A stretch of DNA of 63,781 nucleotides, the filler included, from Dirinaria sp. TL-2023a (lineage: Eukaryota), in NCBI GenBank assembly GCA_051941275.1. It is 10 parts of 10 records of this genome, joined end to end, with 100 filler letters (N's around TTAATTAATTAA, not from the genome) between each part and the next. Parts side by side here need not be neighbours in the genome. Positions count along the whole stretch, not along the records: positions 12,804 to 19,099 come from JAVEBF010001501.1; positions 19,200 to 25,491 come from JAVEBF010001502.1; 8 more parts are not named here. The stretch is one strand, 5' to 3'. The notes beneath the pieces were generated by a model that was not told the origin of the DNA, did no database searches, and was given only the letters and a program-made list of their open reading frames with translations. How positions within the stretch are numbered: the stretch's first letter is position 1; every line of letters begins with the position of its first letter. The position numbers and the translations under genes were made by a program. This document shows positions 13,072 through 24,386 of the stretch, piece after piece.

Positions 13072-16000
13072 CTAAAACGTGACGTCCTCGCTGCTGGAAG
13101 GAATATGATTGGGGGAGCCTCTGTAGCGGTTCCGCCGGATCTGCTCGACTTTATCCGGGCTATACTTACCCGAGCTCTGGATCGGGCGAGGGCCCGTCGG
13201 TTTGCGCTGGGGCACGTTGCTGCTGGTTGCGGAGCGCGGTGACGAGGACGCATTGTTGTTGGCCTACATCCCAAAATATTAGCCTCTGAGATCCCGTTGC
13301 ATCACAATCTCTCGAAAAGGATTCTTTCCTTAGATTTATTGTAAGGAAATGGAACGCACCCCTTCAACGACCTTGGGCGGCCTCCCAGGGATCAATGGGC
13401 CGTCGTCTTTGATCTTCGGCGGACGTGGCGGTGCCTGGCTCTGCTCCTCACTCCTCTCGCTATAACCCGCGTCGCTGATGGGGCTCAATGCGCCCGCAGT
13501 GCCACTAAGCCGATTCGGATTCCCGCCAGCAGCGGCTCCAAATCGTGCGAGACTGGGGTTGCTCCCCCATTGATCGCTCGTGGGTGATATCGGGGATCCG
13601 AAGTTATGCGCTTGCGATTCGAGGTGCGTTTGGTACCTGTGAGTTGGACCTGGGCGCGGCTGCGGGTGTTGCAGGTTCTGGCTGTCGCGGTGGGCTTGGT
13701 ATTTTGGTCCCTCTGAGACGTTGGTGGAGACTTGAGAGGGAATTAGTGGGGATGGAGGGCGATTTGCTTGATCTCCGGTTTCCAATGAGTCGTTGGAACG
13801 AAGACGGTCGTCACCGCCAGGGTCGTAGTGCTCAGCGACATTGTAATTGAGGTCAGAACCGGAGCGAGAAGCTTCGGAGAATGGGCGTTGGCGTGGGCCG
13901 CCGGAGCGGGCGTTGTCACCCGTAGAAGATGCTGTGGTTCTGGACCAGCGGGAGATTTTGGGAAGGAAAGATGATGAGTTGGACTTGTGTTTACGTGATT
14001 TATCGGCACCGCTTTTGGGCGTGTGCTCGTTGCTTTGGGCGCCCGTCGGGACGTGGACTTGCGGCGGCGTTGCCAAGGGTACGGAATCCGCCCGAGTGTA
14101 ATCCTTGGTCGGGGTGAGCAATTGCTCGTTGTTCCCGAACTGGTGGTTAGACAGATTCTGCTGCTGAGCCTCAAGCTCTTCGTCACCTTCAAGAACTGTG
14201 CTAACACGATTATGTGATGGTCGGCGTCCTTCCTGACTTCTCATGGCTCCAATACGCCGTGAGGGAGACTCGGAGAAATAACCGGACTGACCACCAGTGG
14301 AAGACGTGCCAGCTTGGCCTTCCGGTTCGTAGCCATCTTGACCTGGAGCTTGCAGATCGTTGTAGGAATTGAAACTGTCACCACGGGTGACCCCAGGTCC
14401 AATACCTTGCACTGCTTTGAGTCCTTCCACATCGCCTAGCAGCTTCATGAGCATGTCTTCAATCTTGGAGAGATCGTTTGCGTTGCGGCTGCCGAGGCCC
14501 TTGAGGGCGCGTTTAAAGACGTTTTGGCGCTTAGTGGCCCTTTCGTCCACATATTCATCATCTGCAGATGAACGGCGCGGGACACGCGGTGTACCAAGTG
14601 GTTGAGGTCTCGGACCGCCAATAATTTTCTGGACTGTCCGTTCGTGCTGCTTGCTGCTGGAGTCAAGGATCATGTCATCTTGCTCAGCAATGAATTTCTT
14701 CATCTCCTCAAACGAATTCCGCATCTCGGCTGCACTTCTTACCAGCGTCACTAAGATCTCTGTATCTCGGGCGTTGCGCTGCGCGTCTCGCACAGTAAGC
14801 TAATAACATGTGAGTAAATGGTGTCTCGAATACATGTTGTGGAAACTTACATGATCCATCAACGCAACGATATCCTTTGATTGAATACGATCCATACCGC
14901 CTCCAGTCGCACTGTCATATAACGGGGACGGCATTCCGTGGGAATTGCCACTGAGATGTCTCGTATGTGTTGCTACGAATGGGTCTTCGTCCTCACCTAG
15001 CATACCAAAGTCGGCGACATTTTGAGGTTCGTATACTCCCTTGTCCCGAGCTTGCATTTTTGGAGTCTGGCCAGCAGAGCGTTGATACGACGACACATAG
15101 CCTTCATCCTTGTTAGCAGGCGGTGTAGCGATTGGCTGGCTCATGTACGAGTCGCGGATGGGCCCAAAATCATGATTGACGCCTTGCTCATATTGCTCTG
15201 CACTCAATGGCCGGCTTTGGCTTTTCAAAGACTGCTCCCTGGATTTGTTTAGTTGCTCACGAGAATGATCTTGACTGGCAAGAGCCGCAGTACTCATGAA
15301 GCCTTTCGCTGCGGCCTTTAGGCTCTCATGAGCGCTGTTCTCATTCGAATGAGAAATGAAATCGCGGTTGTTTCGAGGAGGGGTTGGCTCATACGGCCAA
15401 TGATCGCGATTTTCCTGATGAGAGAGCCCTCCAATTGGACCTTGGATAATGGAAGGGTTTGTGTTCAGATCTGAGTCGGAATCCTTAAAGTATCCTACCT
15501 CTGGTATCGGATCCGTGGTATCTGGCACGGCCGTGTTACCCACAGGTACACGATCCTCATGCTCATCCAGTGATCTAGCAACGCTTTGTCTTGGAGAGTC
15601 TGCAGCGGAGTGTTCTTCGTCTTTGTAAGATCCATGCGGTGATTTAGATTCCGACTGCCGCTCTTCATATTGTTGACTACTAGTGCTATGTAAACCCAGG
15701 CCTGTTGCAGTATCTCCGTGGTAAGAATTATCAAGGTTGTCCTCTTCTACCGATTCGTTATAAGATTTGTCGCCATGCCTGGATCGTACGGAGATGACTG
15801 ATGGATCATGCAGCGAGGCGACAGCGGACTCGACTGCCTCAGGGGTGTGGATGTATTCCGGGTTTGCACCCATACCATGAACAGGTTGCGCGGCCGTGAC
15901 CTTATCAAGGTAAGGTACGTCTAAGCTGTCATCAGTATAATTCGTCATGTGCCTTACGTCTATCAAGGAGTCTCTGTTGCTGCTTTCGGCCATCGATTCC

Positions 16001-18399
16001 CGGTAGCGATCGTTTTTCTCGTGCTCTCGCTCGTACCATTCATCCATCGCGGGACTCCTGGGAGACTCGGTTCCTCGGGAGATGGTCGAATCGCGGAGGT
16101 TGTGTTGGTCCAGAATCGTTTTACCGTCTTCGAGATTAATGCCTTTAGGCCTATTGGAGCGAGCAATGTTGGTGCTCGCAACCGAAGACAGAGATTTGAT
16201 TGAAAGCCCAGATCCTTTGAATTCGCCTTTCTCATCTAATGACAAGGAGCCGGAGCTATGCGTGGTTCGGAAATCCGGATTTGGTGGCTCATCTTCCTCC
16301 CTGTAGCTTGTAACGCTTTGTATAGGACTTAGTCCACGACTATGGGGCTCGTGAACTTGAAGGCCAGCACCAGTGCCATACAAGTCCTTTTCAGAAAAGT
16401 GCTCCACAGCCGTATCGCCAGCTTCTTCCATTTTCGCATGCTGTCCCTGATCATGCAGGCTCCGATCACTGCGAGCACTGTGGTTGCTGTGAATACTGAG
16501 ATTGCCTTGTGATAGATTGCTATAATGTGTTCCCAGGCCTCTTTGAAGGCTGAGTGGCGTTCGAGTAGGTGTTCTTGACGCTGGGGAAAGAACTTCACGA
16601 GGAGAGCCTCGAGCTACTTCTCGAATTTCCTGTCGACGCCGTTCCGAATGTGGTGGAGATGGCTCCTCCGTTCTTGCCGACAAGATGGAGTCACGTGTTA
16701 ATTCGGAGTCCTGAATTTCACTTCGCATCGGCATTGGTGGGACGTCATGTCTGTTAAAGATTTCTTCCGTACTTCCCGCATAACTCACGCTACGGCTATG
16801 GCTTTTGCTGCTTCGTCGGCGATGTTCCTTCCGGTCCACGCTTGACCTCGAATCGTGATGTTTTAGTGCGGCTGCTGTAAGTATTCCCCCCGCCATACCA
16901 GCAGCGGCGACGTCTCGCAGACGGTAGCTATCTTTACTCCGTTTCTGCCGTATCTTGCCATTTTCGCGGGTCAAGGTCTCTTGGGAAGCTCCTCGATGGG
17001 AACTGCGCTCGGAAGGCGAGCCAATGCTCTCCTTCCTCCTACTCTCTTTTCTTCCTTTTGTCGAATTTCCGGAGAGAACCGTCCCCGCGTTATTCTCGTC
17101 CCGATTCAGTACCACCTTGGGTCTGCTCTTAACATCAGGTGCGCTGGCATGCTTTGACATTTTGCGGGGAATCTCCACACGCGGGGCACTGCTATCGGAG
17201 GCTAAAGACTGGTCCCGCTCAAACCGGCTCCGATTTTGTTGCATCTTTTGTTCTCGTTTGAGGGATGTGAGCTCGGGCAGAATTAAGCGTTTGATCGCAT
17301 CCTCAACCGTCTCCAAGAGCTTGGGATTATTAATCGATGACTTGGAGGTGCCTGATCGAAAGGAGTACTGGTCGCCAGACTTGCGCGTTGGAGACAACTG
17401 AGAGGTCAAGAGGCTTGATTCGCCGCCGCTAAGAAGCTCTTCTTCAGGTTGATGCCGACTGGACCTGCGTTTGGATGATTGGGGAGACATTTCAATTTTC
17501 TGCTCCTTGCTGGCGCTACGGCTCCGGGTTTTGCTGCTATGGGTGCGCCGTCCCTCGCTTGTCTGCCGTGACTTCCCTTCGATTTTTTCGATGACTTTCT
17601 GTGCGATCCGCTCCTTGCTCAGACTTCTGCTTCTCCGCCGGGTAGGAGCCTTTAATGTATCCTTCTCATTAACCACGGCGTCGCGGCTCATGCTTCGACT
17701 TCGATGCCGCTTTGGGGTCGCAGTCCCTGCGATGGTGCTTTCTAGCATACTGTCGGGGGGCATGGAAGATATTTCCGACGGATTCTGCTGTATATACCGC
17801 TGCTCTATTGGCGCACCCTTGCCTGACAGCTCACTATCCTGATCCTGGGGTAGAACTTCCACTTCCACGGGGGGGTATCTTCCTGCTAAACTCGACTCTT
17901 CTGCAGCTGAGGTATACGAGCTTATACTCTTGTCGTCAGTTCCCTCGGTAGCTTGTCTCTCTGGCGTAGCTTTTGGGCCCAACGAGATGCGCCTTGTGTA
18001 GGATGGCTTTCGGCTTCCACCCGCTTCTGTGATTTGGATGTGATCGTTCGCGTCTTTGATTTTGCGGGCCGCGGATGGTGTAACCTTGACTCGAACGCTG
18101 GGCCTCGAGTGGACGTTGGGGCCTTTACCGGCTTCAAAGTATTCAATGAGCAGTGAGGTTTGCGAAGGTTGTGAGGCACGAGTCACTGTGCTGTCCTGCT
18201 CCCGATCACGTCTCTCCCTTCTCTTCTTCGTCGAGATCGTGACGGGGCTGCCGTCTTCGGGGATGGAGTAGGAAGTGCGGTCAGTGCGACGCGAGACGTC
18301 AGTGGCGAGATCGTCTCCTGTCACACTATCGCCTGATGTTTGAAGGGTCGATGATTCTGTAGGCGCAGGCAATGGAGGTTTGCGGGCCTCAACACCCAT
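13072..18399 (-). CDS. Large (~1700 aa) Ser/Arg-rich, mostly disordered conserved Pezizomycotina protein of unknown function with a coiled-coil core
   Basis: Exons 18399-14851, 14799-13360 and 13263-13072 join in frame via GT-AG introns. Conserved-looking islands: TSLLIEYFE, PSVRVKVTPS, INNPKLLETVEDAIKRLILPEL, SHGMPSPLYDSATG..IQSKDIVALMDHLTVRDAQRNARDTEILVTLVRSAAEMRNSFEEMK. Confidence 0.85.
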
Positions 18400-19759
18400 T
18401 GCGATGATGAAAGAGGTGTCGAATGAAGGAAAAGGTTTGAATCATGCACCAAGCTTCTTTTACGCCTCGACGAAGCAGCCGGACGAGCGGTGGAGGTATA
18501 CCAGGGTTCGAGCGATCTGATTGGAGTCGGTAAAGCAAAAGCGGGCTACTACATGTGCTTGTACTGTACAGGAGATCCGTAGGTCGTAGCCGTTTGACAA
18601 ATCTCGAGGGCTGGGACCAGAGCAGTAGACGGGCTGCCAGGCTGCGGTAAAGTCATTGAAGGTACCATAGTAAGTTTGACTCTAGCTCCTAATACCTTTT
18701 CTCAGAGTGCAATAATAAAGACTTGAAATGTTGGTGATTGGAGTCTTTTTTTTTTTTTTTTCACTGGGGCTGAACGTTCAGTGCGTGGCTGCAGTGGTGG
18801 ATCGTCTCCCAGAGCATTATTGCTGCACAGTGAAGGGGCTCGAGCTGCGAGTCTACCGGGATCTTTGCACTGCAAATGTGCAATGCTCAGATCTTCGCCC
18901 CGCACAATCGCGCCGTGAGAAGACCGCAGCGGCTATCAAGTCTAATACTGTAAATGACAAGAACAAGAAGAATAATGAGCTGTGGGAAGTGAAGACCGGA
19001 TCCGAGAAAATGATGTTACCTGCCCAAAAAAACAAAGTAATAACCGGGTAGCAATTATTATTGCAAGGCGCTGTCGGAGCTAATAATTGGGGGGGGGGGN
19101 NNNNNNNNNNNNNNNNNNNNNNNNNNNNNNNNNNNNNNNNNNNTTAATTAATTAANNNNNNNNNNNNNNNNNNNNNNNNNNNNNNNNNNNNNNNNNNNNG
19201 GTGTTGTGCACTTTTTGGATCAATGACTGGTGATTCCAGTGATATCGTCCATCTTATATCCTGATATTGATCAAAAGATCCAGAGACCTATGTCTCATGA
19301 GAACCGTCTTAGTGGTATCAATTCTGAAGCTAGCATAAAGCCCCAAGGAAGTCTTGCGCTTCTTTCGCTCGTTCACTCTCCCCGTTCTTATCACCATAGA
19401 TTTTCGTTAGCCCAATGAAAAAAAAATGAGAAGTGCACTTACAAGCTTGTTGGCAGATCATTAATGCTAAGATCATGACACTGCATGTAAGCAGGCTCCA
19501 AATTTCTGCAAGTTCCCACCACCGCCCTCCGTAAGAGACTTCGTACAGTTTTCCTTTGTCAGATTGTTTGCTTCTACAAAGTTTCAGAGATATATATGTC
19601 GCTTATGACTGTTCGGTGGGATCCGGAAACCTAGACAGTCGGCACATTTCTCAATTGGCCCCAATATTGTCGACAATAATTATCTAAGCAGTAGTCGGCG
19701 CCACTACGATACAGCAGAGATTATTCGACCTACAGCCACAACTCAGCATATATACCGAG

Positions 19760-20242
19760 ATGGGAGACCCAAAACCCATGTTATGTGGTATCTGCGACCG
19801 TCGCTTCCGCGACGTTAGTGCTCGGCAAGCCCACCAAGTAGCGAAAATACACTGCTACTGCCGGGAATGTGAGCGATTCTTCCCTCACCCAGACGCAGCG
19901 GAGTAACATCGCTAAGCCCTTCACAACTTTGTTTGCGGCGCTTGCGATCGAACGTTCGTCCGTTCAGAGTCCCTCCTAGATCATCAACGAATGACAGAGC
20001 ACTGCTATTCCCGTCACTGTGCTCGAACATTCGGCAGTATGGATGCCGCCAAGCAGCACGCTGCGGCGGTTCATTCATTCGTATGCTTTGACTGCAATCG
20101 GACCTTTGCTTGGGAGAATGCGCTCGAGGATCATCAGAGGTCTACTGGACATTGTTATTGCGCTCGATGTGACTGGTTTTTTGTTAATTCGACAGCACTT
20201 ATCCAGCATACCAAGTCGTCATGTTCCCATGAAGAACGTTAA
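19760..20242 (+). pseudogene. Tandem C2H2 zinc-finger gene (about 6 fingers) interrupted by two in-frame TAA stops
   Basis: From ATG 19760: CGICDRRF..AHQVAKIH-CYCRECERFF..AAE*HR*ALH-FVCGACDRTF..DHQRMTEH-CYSRHCARTF..QHAAAVH-FVCFDCNRTF..DHQRSTGH-CYCARCDWFF..QH. TAA at 19904 and 19913, with no frameshift. Confidence 0.8.
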
Positions 20243-20535
20243 TCTGAAGCTATGAAGATTCAAGGTTAAATAAGGGTTTATGCGCCGATTCCCCACAGTA
20301 TATGGCGAGACAAGGTGCAAGAGATGATGAACGTTGCTTAGAGGTCTTTGAACATATTTTGGAGAAGGACAGAACACATGTCCTTTGAAATTATTTGAAA
20401 AATTGTGATAGAGTGACCTCTTGATGTTAGATCGTCTACTTTGAGTAGGATGAAAGATATCGAAGTCTTACACCTATTATCATACATGACGTAAATCCAA
20501 CGCCGAACATTACATGCTTCTAGGTTCCTTTTGCT

Positions 20536-21874
20536 CTACGCACTTCTTGAATTTGCAATGTCCAGCACCAGAATGTCTGTCGCGCCCACTGCCGCTAACC
20601 GATCCATAACACCTGCAATCTCCTTCTTCTCTACCATAACACTGATAGCGATCCACCCACTCTCCTCGAGAGCCGTGATGGTAGGGGCGCGCTTGCCGGG
20701 GCTAATCTTGGTCGCCTCGGTGAGGAGGCTGCGGGGGATATTGTACTGGCAGAACACGTAGCGTTGGGCGGTAATGACGCCCTTGATACGGGAGGCGATA
20801 AGGGTGATGAGCGGAAGATTGGCAGGCGAAGGATGGGGAGACTTGATCAGCACAGCGGTAGAGGTGACCAGGGTGGTGAGAGGGTGTAGAGAAGCGGCGC
20901 GCATGGTCTCACCGGATTCTGTATACGGCAGTTAGACTATACTCTTCAGTCAAGAGGACAGGTGGACGGACTACAGGCAGAGCCTTAAACCCTGGAAAGC
21001 AAAGAAGAACATACCAACGAGATCTACAATCCCATCCGCTACACCTAATGCACATGCCGCTTCCACGCTGCCCCCTACAAATTTAATTTTCGTCTTTAGT
21101 TTTCGCCTTCCTCCCTCCTTTTCCCCCTCACCCGCTATAACTCTGCTATTTTCTTCATCCTCGGCTTCCAGCTTCCCAAAATACTCCTCCGTCAACCCCA
21201 CAAAGCTCGTAACGACGTTCTTCCCAACAAGCTGCCGTGGATCTACAATATCCCCCTTCTCAGGAACCTGTACCTGCAGCCTACATTTGCCGAATCCTAA
21301 GTCCATTACCACCTCGATCCCACCTCTATTTCCTTCTCGCCTTCCTTCGTCTTCTTCGACATCTTGTTGAGCTTTTCTATCTGCCGCGCTCCTGCTGCGA
21401 GTTAAGTTGGACGGAGATTTCGGTGTGTTGGTGCCATCTAGCCCACTAGAGTTCGTTGGGGATTCGTGCTGCCGCGCTTCATGCTCCACAACTTGGTCCC
21501 ATCCAGTAATACCCAAATCAACGCGGCCCTCACCGACAAAGGTAGGGATGTCGGCAGCAGGGAGGAAGACAAGGGCGATAGGATGGTTTTTCACAAGGGC
21601 GATGTCGAGACGCGGGGAGCGGTGGAAGGATATGTCGGCACCGGAAAGGAGGTCTAGAGTAGGTTGTTGCAGGCGGCCCTCTATGAGCTTGTCAGCTCTT
21701 GCGGGAAGCAGGGTGTTTGTGTGCTCAAAGCAGTCTAGGGTAAAATACTTTTTGGCACGGCGAACAGAAGCCGACCCTCGAGACTGCCCATGATGTTAGC
21801 TGTGGTGCATAGAGCACAAGTCAAGGGATTTGCGCTTGGCTGGCTGACTTTGCTTACTGATTGACGAGGTCCAT
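20536..21874 (-). CDS. HIS1: ATP phosphoribosyltransferase (histidine biosynthesis), 4 exons
   Basis: MDLVN..LEGRLLFAVPKKGRL; RLDIALV; FLPAADIPTFVGEGRVDLGITG; DLGFGKCRLQVQVP; GGSVEAACALGVADGIVDLVESGETM; ISPGKRAPTIT; GATDILVLDIANSR. Confidence 0.96.
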
Positions 21875-21880
21875 CGTGAG

Positions 21881-21958
21881 TGAGTCAGTATTGACTCCGG
21901 CAACTATGTGAGCCAAGCTACAGATGTGTGGGGAAGAAGTATACAATTGATGAGTCAA
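21881..21958. promoter_or_regulatory. Two Gcn4/CpcA (cross-pathway control) response elements upstream of HIS1
   Basis: TGAGTCA (reverse complement of TGACTCA) at 21881-21887 and 21951-21957, plus TGACTC at 21892, just upstream of the HIS1 ATG. Confidence 0.65.
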
Positions 21959-22353
21959 TGGCTGTTGGGAGCTGTTCGAACTAAATGCCAGCAAATAGCG
22001 CTGCGATTGTATGCTCTAGCTTGTCCAATTATCTTTCAAGCACGTTCATCGTGTCTGATCAAGTAGATTAAGATACCTTATATTGTCGGTTTTCTGTGAC
22101 GAAAATATTGTCAAGCAGCTAGCAGAAGAAGCCCAGGAGTACTCCGTAGCTGTGACAGCCTCACCACACTCTACTAGTCCCTGTCCGCTCTAGCGCGCAC
22201 GACGAACTTTAAGCGAGAATCTTCAAATCCAGTTGCGAACAGTTTCTACAGGTGCAACAGACCGGACACCAAAGCCAGAAACCACCTCATCTTCATTTCT
22301 CTCGTTTCACATACGACCCTTTCAATACCAAAACCACAGATACAGCCCTCACG

Positions 22354-22712
22354 ATGGACGCCGGAAAAGTTCCGGTCAAGCTTGTCAAAGTAACCCGCGT
22401 CCTTGGACGGACTGGTGCGCTTGCCTGCTCTGCCCTTTGCCACTTACGAAATGTCTCTCAAGGGACCGCTTTCGCTGACTGTGGGGTGCATAGGATCCCG
22501 CGGAGGTGTGACCCAAGTACGAGTTGAATTCATGGACGACCAGACGCGGAGTATCATCCGTAACGTCAAGGGGCCTGGTGAGTTGTGCTATTGTTTCCAA
22601 GATGAAGAGTCGGCAAGTGGATGGGCGGCTAACGAGTATGGGGCTGTCAGTGCGTGAAGATGATATCTTGTGTCTACTGGAGTCGGAGCGGGAGGCTAGG
22701 AGGTTGAGGTAG
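22354..22712 (+). CDS. RPS28: 40S ribosomal protein eS28 (3 exons)
   Basis: [68 protein letters not shown]. Confidence 0.97.
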
Positions 22713-23017
22713 TTTTCTTGGGCATACGAAGGAAGAGCTAGGCTGTTGAGTCTAGAGGGAGAGCAGGAGACCATGCTTGCTGGAGAGCAGAAATTGGTGT
22801 GCTGGGATGAATAGTGCAAGAGCATGCAATAGGGATTCACCCTTTCCTGATGCCGATTATCAGGCGCTGCAGAATGTGCCACAACGATTGACTACGTTTG
22901 TCCTTCAGAGGGGTATAAATTGCTTTTCGAATCATACCGGATGTTGGCGCAAGAATTAGGATTCAGATTCGATTTGTTCGCCCTCGCCTCTGTCATCTTG
23001 CCCAACATAAGGCTTCT

Positions 23018-24386
23018 CTACGATCTCTCCATGTTCTCAGGTAAATCCTCTGGCCGGATCTCCCCCTTCAGAATCCTATGCACAGCTGTCAACAGTGGGA
23101 ATTCTGCCTCCTTCCCTCTTGCTTTTAGAAAAGCATTGACATCCTCCGCCGTACTTGTACCCTGCAGCATCTGCCCATTTAGTTCCTCCTTCTCCACCTC
23201 CTGAATACTGACTTTTCGTTCAATACTCTTCTTCGCGCACCGATAATTCCTCCCGCCGCTGCAACTTGTAATCAGGTCCGCTACTCCAGCGCTTTCCTCC
23301 GTAAAGGTGGCAGTATGGGCGCTGTTATTGAAGAAAATCTTCCCGAATTTGACCATCTCGAGCAGCCCGACGCGCATCACCGCGGCCTTTGCGTTATCGC
23401 CCCAGCCAAGACCTGCAACGAAGCCGGCGGCTAAGGCGACGACATTCTTCAGGGCACCGCCTAGCGAGACGCCGGCCACGTCGGATACTACTGAGACGTG
23501 GAAGTAGGGGCGGTGAAAAAGCAACTTGATGGTATTGTGGTCAAGAGGTGGTAACTCCGAGGGTTGGGCTGTAAGGCGGACTTTTGATGTTAAACCCTTT
23601 GAGTCTTTGTGTTCGGTAATCTGGGTGAGATCTAGCTGAGACGCGTATGGAGATTGACCTTTGGGCGTGGATCCCTTAGGAGTAGGATTGCGAGAATCCA
23701 TTGGTGGGGGATCGTAGGCTATAGTCGTTTCCGAGAATTTCTCTTGAGCCACCTCATTAGCAATGTTGGCTCCCGATAGGGCGCCGCAGTATATGCCAAG
23801 CTTCTCGCCGATAGATTCGGAGAAGAGCGAAACATCTTTGCTTGAGACATCAACGCCTTTGATACAAGATATGCCACGAGCATAAGGAAGAATGTGTCCT
23901 TTCATTTGGTCGCAAAGGCCCCCAATGAACTGATGGGGAAGGTTGAAGATGAGGATGCTGGCGCCTTCGACAGATTCTTTGAGGGATGGTGTGGCGATGA
24001 GGTTTGCTGGGAGAGCGATGTTAGGAAGGTATTTGACGTTCTCATGCTAGAACGCGTTAGTTTGGCATCGCTGGTACAAGGATATCACGAACAAAGTGGT
24101 TAATCAATTTTGTGAGCTGATGCGGCTGGGTCGAGAATTTCGATTCGGGATCGTAATGCTTGGAGGTGCTAGGCACGGTGATCTCTTCTTCGTATACCCC
24201 TTCTACATTCAATCAACTTGTGCTTAAAGTATCCTTTGAGCACTTACACATCTTAACTTTCTCTTCAAATAGATCAGGATGCTCTTTGGTGCACTCGGCA
24301 CATATTTTTGCGATTGCGCTTCCCCAATTACCAGAACCAACCACAGTGACACGATGTCTCTTCTCATACACTCCTAGAGTCGCCAT
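23018..24386 (-). CDS. GPD1: NAD-dependent glycerol-3-phosphate dehydrogenase (3 exons)
   Basis: [83 protein letters not shown]. Confidence 0.96.

Noticed and set aside
23540..23710. Pro/Ser-rich insertion in GPD
   Set aside because: To my knowledge a similar insert is common in Pezizomycotina GPD enzymes, so not unusual.
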